Shown here: in pieces, positions 34,593 to 42,981 of the stretch | Numbering within the stretch: the stretch's first letter is position 1 | Layout: each line of letters starts with the position of its first letter | Origin: Parcubacteria bacterium C7867-006 | Lineage (GTDB): Bacteria > Patescibacteriota > Minisyncoccia > Phycocordibacterales > DATDWN01 | Direction of reading: 5' to 3' | Length of the DNA stretch: 58,438 bases | Assembly: GCA_001189155.1 (NCBI GenBank) | Contig: LFCP01000007.1 | Span: 1 to 58,438 of the forward strand | Translations under genes and position numbers: made by a program | The notes under the pieces: model-generated | What the model was told of the DNA's origin: nothing | Seen by the model: the letters and a program-made list of their open reading frames with translations, nothing else | The model's database searches: none

Positions 34593-35924
34593 ATGGCTGA
34601 AAAATCTACAAAAAACAATGAATTAATGGAGAAAATAGTTTCTTTATGTAAGAGACGAGGTTTTATATTTCAAGGTTCTGAGATATATGGAGGTCTAGCC
34701 GGTACTTGGGACTATGGTCCTTATGGTGCAGAGCTTGCTAATAATCTAAAAAATATTTGGTGGAAGAGATTTATTTCTGATAGAGAAGATATGTTTGGTG
34801 TAGATGCTGCAATTTTGATGAACCCAAAGGTGTGGGAGGCATCAGGTCACGTGTCTGGTTTCTCAGATCCACTTGTTGAGTGTGAAAAGTGTCATCACAG
34901 GTTTCGCGCAGACCAACTAGAAGATAAAATAAAATGTCCTGATTGTGGTGGAAAGTTGGGAGAGGAAAGACAGTTCAATATGATGTTTAAAACTCATGTT
35001 GGAGCAACAGAAGACGAGAGTTCTGTTTCTTATTTAAGACCAGAAACTGCTGGTGGAATGTTTGTTAATTTTAAAAATGTTTTGGATTCAATTCATCCAA
35101 AAATTCCTTTTGGTTTAGGTCAGATTGGTAAAGCTTTTAGAAATGAGATAGCTCCAAGAGATTTTGTTTTTCGTTCTAGAGAGTTTCGTCAGATGGAGGT
35201 TGAGTATTTTGTTAAACCAGAGAATTGGAAAGAAGCTTTTGAAGAGTGGAGGGGGGTTGTGCTTGATTGGTGTAAAGAAATCGGACTTGATATGAACCAT
35301 GTTCACGAGCTTGAAGTTGCAGACGAAGACAGAGCCCATTATTCAAAAAGAACAATAGATTTTGAGTTTGATTATCCATTTGGTAGAAAAGAACTTTACG
35401 GTCTAGCTTATAGAACAGATTTTGATTTGAAAAGTCATTCGTCTGCATCTGGTGTAGATATTTCTTATTTTGATGAAGAAACAAAAGAAAGATTTATTCC
35501 ACACGTTATCGAACCTTCATTGGGAGTTGATAGAACAATTCTTGCTGTTTTAAGTGATTCATATAAAGAGGAGGGTGAAGGTGATGATAAAAGAGTGTAT
35601 TTAAAGTTTTCTCCTAAAGTTGCTCCAGTTAAAGTTGCTGTTTTTCCACTACTTAAAAACAAAGAAATTTTGGTTGATAAAGCAAAAGAAGTTTATAAAT
35701 TATTGAAAAAAGAGTTTGGAGCTGTAATGTTTGATGATAACGGAAATATTGGAAAAAGATATAGAAGACAGGATGAGATAGGAACTCCTTGGTGTGTTAC
35801 TGTTGATTTTGACACAGTAGAAAAGGATGCCGGTGTAACAGTTAGAGATAGAGATACTGGGGAACAAAAAAGAATGACGGTTGGAGAGTTTATTGAATTC
35901 GCTCGGAAAGAATTGTCGTTATAA
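34593..35924 (+). CDS. glyQS: Glycyl-tRNA synthetase (class II, dimeric GlyQS type)
   Basis: 443 aa with RRGFIFQGSEIYGG, FRNEIAPR and PHVIEPSLGVDR. Confidence 0.93.
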   Translation: MAEKSTKNNELMEKIVSLCKRRGFIFQGSEIYGGLAGTWDYGPYGAELANNLKNIWWKRFISDREDMFGVDAAILMNPKVWEASGHVSGFSDPLVECEKCHHRFRADQLEDKIKCPDCGGKLGEERQFNMMFKTHVGATEDESSVSYLRPETAGGMFVNFKNVLDSIHPKIPFGLGQIGKAFRNEIAPRDFVFRSREFRQMEVEYFVKPENWKEAFEEWRGVVLDWCKEIGLDMNHVHELEVADEDRAHYSKRTIDFEFDYPFGRKELYGLAYRTDFDLKSHSSASGVDISYFDEETKERFIPHVIEPSLGVDRTILAVLSDSYKEEGEGDDKRVYLKFSPKVAPVKVAVFPLLKNKEILVDKAKEVYKLLKKEFGAVMFDDNGNIGKRYRRQDEIGTPWCVTVDFDTVEKDAGVTVRDRDTGEQKRMTVGEFIEFARKELSL

Positions 35925-35980
35925 AACGTCTCCCTTGTTTGTGTGTTATAATTGACTTAATTATTAGCTAACAAAACTAG

Positions 35981-37045
35981 ATGGAAACTAGAGAACAAAA
36001 TATCACTATTAGTATTGGAACTATCACTAAATCTATAGTAATAGTTCTACTCTTCGCGGCTCTTTTTATATTAAGGGATCTCGTTCTCGTTCTGCTCGTT
36101 TCTATTGTTGTAGCTTCTGCTGTTGAACCGGGGACACAATGGTTTATACAAAGAAAAGTTCCAAGAATTTTTGCAGTTATTTTGATTTATTTGTTTATTG
36201 GAGTTGCTTTGGCTAGTACAGTTTTCTTTTTGCTCATACCTCTACTATCAGAATCCAGTGATTTTTTGAGGAATTTCCCTATATACTTTAATGCAAATAT
36301 AGTTTCTGACACTATAGGTGATACGGGTTTTGTTGCAGGTTTAACAAATAGTTTGAACATTGAGGAAGTAATAATGCATATTAATTCAGCAATAGCTACT
36401 ATATCTACAAATGCATTTGGTACGGTTACTGCATTTTTCGGAGGATTATTGAGCTTCTTTCTTATGGCCATATTGTCTTTCTATCTTGCGGTGGAGGAGG
36501 ATGGAGTTGGAAAGTTTCTTAAAGCGATAACTACTATTAAACATGAGGCATATGTTGTTGATTTGTGGAAAAGATCTCAGAGAAAGATTGGACTGTGGAT
36601 GCAGGGACAGTTGGTTTTGGCGATTATAATCGGTATGTTGGTTTATCTTGGGCTTTTGATTATTAATGTTCCAAACGCACTACTACTTGCTGCTCTGGCT
36701 GCTGCTTTTGAAATTATTCCATTGTTTGGTCCTATCATAGCTTCTATTCCAGCAGTTATGATTGCTTTCGTTAGTGGGGGATTTCCAATGGCTTTGGTTG
36801 TTATTGGACTTTACCTCATTGTTCATCAGTTTGAAAATCAGCTTATTTACCCTCTAGTGGTAAAGAAAGTTGTTGGTGTATCGCCAATAGTTTCTATTAT
36901 AGCTCTTGCTGCTGGATGGCAGTTGGCTGGGTTTGTTGGTTTAATTCTTTCTGTTCCTATAGCTGCTGTAATCATTGAATTCTTTGATGATTTTGAGAAA
37001 AATAAGATAGAAAGTTTGGAAAGAATGAACGCTTCCACCCAGTAG
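35981..37045 (+). CDS. AI-2E/PerM (UPF0118) family transporter
   Basis: 354 aa with ~8 TM helices and the IPLFGPIIASIPAV motif. Confidence 0.8.
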   Translation: METREQNITISIGTITKSIVIVLLFAALFILRDLVLVLLVSIVVASAVEPGTQWFIQRKVPRIFAVILIYLFIGVALASTVFFLLIPLLSESSDFLRNFPIYFNANIVSDTIGDTGFVAGLTNSLNIEEVIMHINSAIATISTNAFGTVTAFFGGLLSFFLMAILSFYLAVEEDGVGKFLKAITTIKHEAYVVDLWKRSQRKIGLWMQGQLVLAIIIGMLVYLGLLIINVPNALLLAALAAAFEIIPLFGPIIASIPAVMIAFVSGGFPMALVVIGLYLIVHQFENQLIYPLVVKKVVGVSPIVSIIALAAGWQLAGFVGLILSVPIAAVIIEFFDDFEKNKIESLERMNASTQ

Positions 37046-37067
37046 AAATTCTGGTATAGTACTGAAT

Positions 37068-38510
37068 ATGGATAAAAATTTTTATATAACAACTACTTTG
37101 CCTTACGTGAATTCTGATCCTCATGTAGGTTTTGCTATGGAGCTTGTACGGGCGGATATAATAGCTAGAAGCAAGAAACTACAAGGTTATAATGTCTTTT
37201 TTAACACAGGCACAGATGAACATGGACAGAAACTTTTTACTGCAGCAAAAGACGCTGGTAGAGACGTAAAGGAATATGTTGATAGTTACGCTGAGGCTTT
37301 CAAGAGTTTACCTAAAGCTCTTGGTGTTTTGGAAGATATACATTTTATACGCACAACAGACAGTCATCACGAGAAAGCAGCACAAGAGTTTTGGAGGCGA
37401 TGTTTTGATAATGGCTACATATATAAAAAGAATTACACAACAAAGTATTGTGTTGGATGTGAGTTAGAAAAAACCGATTCAGAGTTGGTAGATGGAAAAT
37501 GTCCACTTCACCCAAAGCTCGAAATAGAACTGCGAGATGAAGAGAACTATTTTTTCAAGTTTTCTGATTTTGGAGATAAGCTTTTGGAGTTTTATAAATC
37601 AAATCCAAATTTTGTTGTACCAGATTTTCGTTTCAATGAAATAAAAGCTTTTGTTGAAAGGGGGCTTGAAGATTTTTCTATTTCTAGATTAAAAGAAAAA
37701 ATGTCTTGGGGTATTCCTGTTCCAGGAGATGATAACCATGTTATGTATGTTTGGTTTGATGCACTAGTGAACTATATATCAACTCTAGGATGGCCAGAAA
37801 ATATGGATCAGTTTGAAAAGTTCTGGAAGAATGGAGCACCTGTTCAGTATTGTGGAAAGGATAACCTCCGCCAGCAGTCTGCTATGTGGCAGGCAATGCT
37901 AATGGCCGCAGATCTTCCAAACACATCAACGGTTGTTGTGAACGGTTTTCTTACTGGAGACGGAGGAGTAAAAATGTCTAAGTCTTTAGGAAACACTATT
38001 AACCCAATAGATGTTGTAAATGAATATGGAGCTGATGCTTTTAGATTTTTCGTAGCAAAAGAAGTTTCTAACTTTGAAGATAGTCCTTTTACCATGGAGA
38101 GATTTAAAGAATCATACAACTCAGGACTAGCAAATGGCATCGGTAATCTAACAAGTAGAGTAATGAAAATGGCGAGTGCTAATCTCACAGAGCCTGTCAG
38201 TATTTCATTTGATTTGGAGAAATTATCATCTTTTTTTCAACATCTAAACTCTTTTGAGATATTAAAGGCTGTGGATTTGATTTGGTTGAATATTGGAGAG
38301 ATGGATAGTTTTATACAAGAAAATCAACCATTTAAATTAATAAAAACTGATAAAGAGTCTGGAGAAAGAATGATAAGAGAACTAGTCACAAGACTTTATG
38401 GAGTAGCTAAAATGCTAGAAGTTGTTATGCCTGATACATCATCTAGTATTCTAGAATTGATCAAGGAGAATAAAACTCCGGAAACACCTTTGTTTGTTAG
38501 AAAAGACTAA
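37068..38510 (+). CDS. metG: Methionyl-tRNA synthetase, lacking the C-terminal tRNA-binding domain
   Basis: 480 aa with TTTLPYVNSDPHVGF, the zinc knuckle CVGCE...CPLH and KMSKSLGN. Confidence 0.93.
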   Translation: MDKNFYITTTLPYVNSDPHVGFAMELVRADIIARSKKLQGYNVFFNTGTDEHGQKLFTAAKDAGRDVKEYVDSYAEAFKSLPKALGVLEDIHFIRTTDSHHEKAAQEFWRRCFDNGYIYKKNYTTKYCVGCELEKTDSELVDGKCPLHPKLEIELRDEENYFFKFSDFGDKLLEFYKSNPNFVVPDFRFNEIKAFVERGLEDFSISRLKEKMSWGIPVPGDDNHVMYVWFDALVNYISTLGWPENMDQFEKFWKNGAPVQYCGKDNLRQQSAMWQAMLMAADLPNTSTVVVNGFLTGDGGVKMSKSLGNTINPIDVVNEYGADAFRFFVAKEVSNFEDSPFTMERFKESYNSGLANGIGNLTSRVMKMASANLTEPVSISFDLEKLSSFFQHLNSFEILKAVDLIWLNIGEMDSFIQENQPFKLIKTDKESGERMIRELVTRLYGVAKMLEVVMPDTSSSILELIKENKTPETPLFVRKD

Positions 38511-38511
38511 A

Positions 38512-39318
38512 ATGAACTTTGAATATTTTGATATACATTCTCATCTTTATTTCAAAGACTATGATGAAGATAGGGAAGAAGAAATAGAGAAAATGAAGAA
38601 ACATAAAATTGGTACCATAACTATCGGTACTGATTTCGAGTCTTCTAAAATAGCTATTGAAATGGCAGAAAAGCACCAAAACCTTTTTGCTTGTATTGGT
38701 CAGCACCCTGGGGATTTGAATAAAGATTCAGTTTTTGATGAGAGACTTCGTACTCTGGCTGATAACGAAAAAGTGGTGGCTATAGGAGAATGTGGTTTGG
38801 ATTATTTTCGTATGGAAGTGGACGACATTCTTTTGAAATCAATTCAGAAAACTATTTTTGAGTATCATATTGATCTGGCTTTGGAAAAAGATCTACCACT
38901 TATGTTACACATTAGAGCAAGTAAGGGGACAATGGATGCATACAACGATGCACTGAATATACTAGAGCATCACTACAAAATATCTGGTAACAAACTAAAA
39001 GGTAACGCGCATTTTTTTGCTGGCGATATGCAGGTTTTGAAAAGATTTTTAGATATTGGTTTTGCAGTTTCATTTACTGGGGTTATCACTTTTACAAATG
39101 ATTATGATGAGTTTGTTAGAGCTGTGCCATTGGATAGGATAATGTCAGAAACTGATAGTCCTTTTGTTGCTCCAGTGCCACACAGAAAGGGTAGGAATTC
39201 ACCACAGCATGTTCCACTTGTAGTAGAGAAGATCGCAGAGATTCGTGGAGAGCCGGTTCATACCGTAAAAGAGGCTATTTTGGCTAATGTAAAGGCCTAT
39301 TTTCCTCGTATTTCATAA
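38512..39318 (+). CDS. TatD-family metal-dependent hydrolase/DNase
   Basis: FDIHSHL, GECGLDY, LHIR and SETDSPF motifs. ATG at 38512. Confidence 0.88.
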   Translation: MNFEYFDIHSHLYFKDYDEDREEEIEKMKKHKIGTITIGTDFESSKIAIEMAEKHQNLFACIGQHPGDLNKDSVFDERLRTLADNEKVVAIGECGLDYFRMEVDDILLKSIQKTIFEYHIDLALEKDLPLMLHIRASKGTMDAYNDALNILEHHYKISGNKLKGNAHFFAGDMQVLKRFLDIGFAVSFTGVITFTNDYDEFVRAVPLDRIMSETDSPFVAPVPHRKGRNSPQHVPLVVEKIAEIRGEPVHTVKEAILANVKAYFPRIS

Positions 39319-39387
39319 CTATTGCTTACCTTAAGCTATTGTGGTAGTCTTGGGTCTATGGAAGAAATTAACAAAGAAAAGGGTGAT

Positions 39388-39852
39388 ATGTCGACTGTTT
39401 ATGAGGTCTCATATTTACTTCTTCCGTCCCTTGCCGTAGAGCAAGTTCCTGGTAAAGCTTCATCTATAAAAGAGATGATGACTAGACTAGGCGGTACTGT
39501 GATTTCCGATGAGAACCCAGTTCTTATCGATCTCGCTTATCCTATGGTAAAGGTTGTTGGAACTGAAAGACACAAAGCAAACTCAGGTTACTTTGGTTGG
39601 ATTAAGTTCGAAATGACAGCTGGGGACGTAGAAAAAGTAAAAAAGGCTTTGGACGCTGACGTAGACACAGTGCGGTATTTAATTATTAAAACAGTTAGAG
39701 AAAATACACTTCTTAATGGAAAAATGAAATTCCAGAAAGAGGAGAAGTTTATTAAAGATGAAGATGTTCTAGAAGATGTTCCTGTAGAAGCTTTGAAAGA
39801 AGTTGCTCCAGAAGAGTTAGACAAGAGCATTGATGAGATTGTGGTTGAGTAA
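39388..39852 (+). CDS. rpsF: 30S ribosomal protein S6 with an acidic C-terminal extension (alternative starts at 39322 and 39358)
   Basis: STVYEVSYLL... is an S6-like fold start. The position upstream of ssb-rpsR supports the call. Confidence 0.7.
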   Translation: MSTVYEVSYLLLPSLAVEQVPGKASSIKEMMTRLGGTVISDENPVLIDLAYPMVKVVGTERHKANSGYFGWIKFEMTAGDVEKVKKALDADVDTVRYLIIKTVRENTLLNGKMKFQKEEKFIKDEDVLEDVPVEALKEVAPEELDKSIDEIVVE

Positions 39853-39884
39853 ATTAAAACCTTAAGAACTTTATAATCAAATAT

Positions 39885-40331
39885 ATGTACCTAAACAAAG
39901 CGATTATCATAGGAAATCTAACAAGGGATCCAGAGATAAAAGCTCTGCCATCAGGTGTGAAGGTCGCAAGTTTCTCTGTTGCTACAAACCGAGTCTGGAA
40001 AGACAAAAACGGGGTAAAGCAGGAGAATGTGGATTATCACAATGTAGTTGTTTTTGGACGACAGGCGGATATTGTGGGTCAATATATGAAGAAGGGAAGT
40101 TCAATACTGGTTGAAGGAAGAATGCAGACACGAAGTTGGGATGATGCTGGAGGTACAAAGAAGTATCGAACAGAGATCATTGCTGACAGAATCCAGTTTG
40201 GTCCAAGAAAAGAAGGGGGAGCACCTGGAAACTACAATCCTTCATCACCAGCAGATGATGATCACAAGAAGGCGATAGATACTATTGAGTATCCAGAAGA
40301 GGAGATTAATCCGGAGGACATTCCTTTCTAA
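39885..40331 (+). CDS. ssb: Single-stranded DNA-binding protein
   Basis: 148 aa with an OB fold (NKAIIIGNLTRDPE) and a C-terminal acidic DIPF tail. Confidence 0.95.
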   Translation: MYLNKAIIIGNLTRDPEIKALPSGVKVASFSVATNRVWKDKNGVKQENVDYHNVVVFGRQADIVGQYMKKGSSILVEGRMQTRSWDDAGGTKKYRTEIIADRIQFGPRKEGGAPGNYNPSSPADDDHKKAIDTIEYPEEEINPEDIPF

Positions 40332-40351
40332 ATTAAAAATAAATTATTAAA

Positions 40352-40561
40352 ATGAATTCAAATAAACAAGATTATTTCAACGAGAACAATATAAAATATA
40401 TTGATTTCAAGGATGTAGATCTTCTAAAGAAGTTTCTAAATCCTCATGCTAGAATCATTTCTCGAAAGAGGACTGGTATAACAGCAAAGAACCAGAGAAA
40501 TATAGCTAATGCAGTTAAACGAGCTCGATTTATGGGGTTATTGCCGTATGTTTCTCGATAA
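40352..40561 (+). CDS. rpsR: 30S ribosomal protein S18
   Basis: 69 aa with ISRKRTGITAKNQRNIANAVKRARFMGLLPY. Confidence 0.93.
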   Translation: MNSNKQDYFNENNIKYIDFKDVDLLKKFLNPHARIISRKRTGITAKNQRNIANAVKRARFMGLLPYVSR

Positions 40562-40690
40562 AACTTCCAAATCTGGCGAATTTCTTTGTTCTCGATTTTA
40601 CTTTCTCCACGCGCAGTACTAAATGTACAGCTTGGTCGAAAGTAAAATCTGCGAACTTCGAACTTCACTCAGATTATGAAAGTTTGGAAT
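40562..40690. repeat. Family-2 structured palindromic element, copy E
   Basis: Perfect 12-bp stem GATTTTACTTTC/GAAAGTAAAATC enclosing the core TCCACGCGCAGTA-N7-TACAGCTTGGTC (40606-40637). Outer imperfect arms pair CTTCCAAATCTG with CAGATT..TTTGGAA. Confidence 0.75.
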
Positions 40691-40693
40691 AAC

Positions 40694-40725
40694 AAAAAAC
40701 CTCTGGGATATCCCAGAGGTTTTTT
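40694..40725. terminator. Bidirectional terminator between rpsR and efp
   Basis: AAAAAACCTCTGGGA-TA-TCCCAGAGGTTTTTT. Confidence 0.85.
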
Positions 40726-40737
40726 GTTAAGAGGTGA

Positions 40738-41316
40738 TTAAAATCCTGCAGAAGCTCGTTCAGTGTACTCTCCAGTCTCAGTATTTACTTTGATGATTTC
40801 TCCTTCTTTTATGAACATCGGTACGTTTATCTCTGCACCTGTTTCAAGTTTAACTACTTTTGTTGCGCCTTGGGCAGTGTTACCTTTAACAGCTTCGTGC
40901 GCTTCTGTAACTTTTAGTTCTACTTTAATAGGCATATCAATACCAATAGTTGTGTCTCCAAACTTTAAAACTTTTATAACAGTATTAGGTTTTAGAAACT
41001 TTCCTCTGTTGCCAAGTATTTCTGCAGAAATTTGAAATCTATTACTAGGGTCAGTTGGATCACAGAACCAGAATTCTCCACGATTAACATATAAATACTT
41101 TGCATCAATCTTATCAATTTCTGCTTCTTCAACTTTTTCTGATACGTGGAAAGACTGCTCTGTTACTTTTCCAGTTATTAAGTTTTTCATTTTCACAGCA
41201 TTAACCGGTTTTCTCTGCTGTTTTCGGAATACGTGAGAAGTGATGATTTCCCAAGGTTCACCGTTGAAAACGATATATTTTCGCTCTGTTATTTCACTAT
41301 AATCTAGCATTGCCAT
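40738..41316 (-). CDS. efp: Translation elongation factor P
   Basis: 192 aa with the EF-P three-domain pattern and a KPVNAVKMKNLITGK loop region. Confidence 0.92.
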   Translation of the reverse strand: MAMLDYSEITERKYIVFNGEPWEIITSHVFRKQQRKPVNAVKMKNLITGKVTEQSFHVSEKVEEAEIDKIDAKYLYVNRGEFWFCDPTDPSNRFQISAEILGNRGKFLKPNTVIKVLKFGDTTIGIDMPIKVELKVTEAHEAVKGNTAQGATKVVKLETGAEINVPMFIKEGEIIKVNTETGEYTERASAGF

Positions 41317-41389
41317 AAATTTGTTTGGTTAATTAGAGTAAAAATATAGCCTATTTATGAGCATAAATCAACTCTTTGTTAAATTATTT

Positions 41390-42478
41390 TTATTCTTCAG
41401 AGCTAGGGGATTCGCCACCACTAACAGCCACTACAGACCCACCATTTTTTGCCAAACCAGAACGAATATCTTTTAGGATACTATCTGCGATTTTTTTGTT
41501 TGCTTTATCTTTTAGGAACTGGCGAGTAGCATCATAGCCACGGCCTAGTTTCTCCTCACCATATGAGTATGAAGTCCCAGACTTTGTGATAACCCCCATC
41601 TTTTCACCAAGAGCGATAAGTTCACCCTCGCGAGAGATGCCTTCGTTGTACATTAGATCAAACTCTGTTTGTTTGAATGGAGCAGCAACTTTGTTTTTTA
41701 CAACTTTTACTCTGATACGTCCTCCCATAATCTCTTCACCCTTCTTTATCTGGGCTATTCGGCGGATATCGATACGTACAGAAGTGTAGAACTTTAGAGC
41801 TTTTCCTCCGGGAGTTGTTTCTGGGTTGCCAAACATAACACCAATCTGCATTCTGATTTGGTTGATGAATATAACTATAGTTTTTGATCTAGCCACAATA
41901 GCTGTTAATTTTCTTAAGGCCTGTGACATTAGTCTAGCCTGCTTTCCAACGTGGTGTGCTCCCATATCTCCCTCAATTTCATCCTTTGGGGTTAGTGCTG
42001 CAACAGAGTCGATAACAATAACATCTAGTTTTCCAGAGCGGACAAGGGAATCGACTATCTCGAGTGCTTGCTCACCATTATCTGGTTGAGAGATAAGTAG
42101 TTGATCTATGTTTACTCCAAGTCGTTTAGCGTATTCAGGATCCATTGAGTGTTCTGCGTCAATGAATGCACAGATACCGCCTTTTTTCTGTGCTTCTGCA
42201 ATAACATGAAGAGTGAGAGTTGTTTTTCCAGATGACTCTGGGCCAAACACTTCTATTATTCTTCCACGAGGAAGTCCACCAACACCGAGTGCAGCATCTA
42301 GTCCGATTGAGCCAGTTGATATTGAATCAACATCAACGTGAGGCTTGTCGCCAAGCATCATAATAGAGTCATCGCCAAATTTAGTTCGTATCTCGCGAAG
42401 AGTATTTTCTACTGCCGCAGCTCCACCTTTGCTGTCCACAGGATCTCTCTTAGGTTCTTTTTCTGTTTTTTTCTTCAT
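41390..42478 (-). CDS. recA: Recombinase RecA
   Basis: 362 aa with [10 protein letters not shown] (Walker A), IVIDSVAAL, and [22 protein letters not shown]. Confidence 0.97.
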   Translation of the reverse strand: MKKKTEKEPKRDPVDSKGGAAAVENTLREIRTKFGDDSIMMLGDKPHVDVDSISTGSIGLDAALGVGGLPRGRIIEVFGPESSGKTTLTLHVIAEAQKKGGICAFIDAEHSMDPEYAKRLGVNIDQLLISQPDNGEQALEIVDSLVRSGKLDVIVIDSVAALTPKDEIEGDMGAHHVGKQARLMSQALRKLTAIVARSKTIVIFINQIRMQIGVMFGNPETTPGGKALKFYTSVRIDIRRIAQIKKGEEIMGGRIRVKVVKNKVAAPFKQTEFDLMYNEGISREGELIALGEKMGVITKSGTSYSYGEEKLGRGYDATRQFLKDKANKKIADSILKDIRSGLAKNGGSVVAVSGGESPSSEE

Positions 42479-42494
42479 TTTTATTATTTTGTTA

Positions 42495-42620
42495 AGAAAT
42501 TTCTTTTCTCCTCATAACTTTTTTGGAAACAGAATAATTTTCTGCTGAAAATTTTCTTCGCGCTCGTGTCTTCATGCACTCCGCGATGTTCCAAAAAAGT
42601 TATGAGTCAACGAAATTTCT
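42495..42620. repeat. Family-1 structured palindromic repeat, copy B, immediately upstream of recA in the opposite orientation
   Basis: The 108-nt block 42505-42612 matches 31-138 with ~6 mismatches. The terminal stem is a perfect 20 bp with one bulge. The outer stem is formed by the self-complementary AGAAATTTCT on both sides. Confidence 0.85.
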
Positions 42621-42625
42621 AATTG

Positions 42626-42979
42626 TTAATACTCTTTTAATATAATTTCCAACCTTTTTTCCGTATAATTCTTGAACTTATCGCGAGCATCTAGTTTAAT
42701 TATATTATAGCCAGGGGATAGGAGCAATTTCTCAGAAAAGTATCCATTTTTATCTGTGAAAATGGGTCTATCGTTTAGGTTTAGATAGGCAATATTACGA
42801 GCTCGACCCTCTATTTCTATTAATGTTTGGTTGTATGTAGCTCCGTTTTCGGGGGTATATATGTCTATAACAGGGCCTCTAATCAGTTTTTGGGCTTGGA
42901 ATAGGGAATATCCAGCAATTACTATGACCAGTAGAGAAATAAGGCTGGTCCTGAGAATTGATATAGCGTTCCTGTTCAT
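42626..42979 (-). CDS. Membrane-anchored small Ig-like protein (hypothetical)
   Basis: 117 aa with an N-terminal TM helix and a beta-rich domain. Confidence 0.5.
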   Translation of the reverse strand: MNRNAISILRTSLISLLVIVIAGYSLFQAQKLIRGPVIDIYTPENGATYNQTLIEIEGRARNIAYLNLNDRPIFTDKNGYFSEKLLLSPGYNIIKLDARDKFKNYTEKRLEIILKEY

Positions 42980-42981
42980 AC

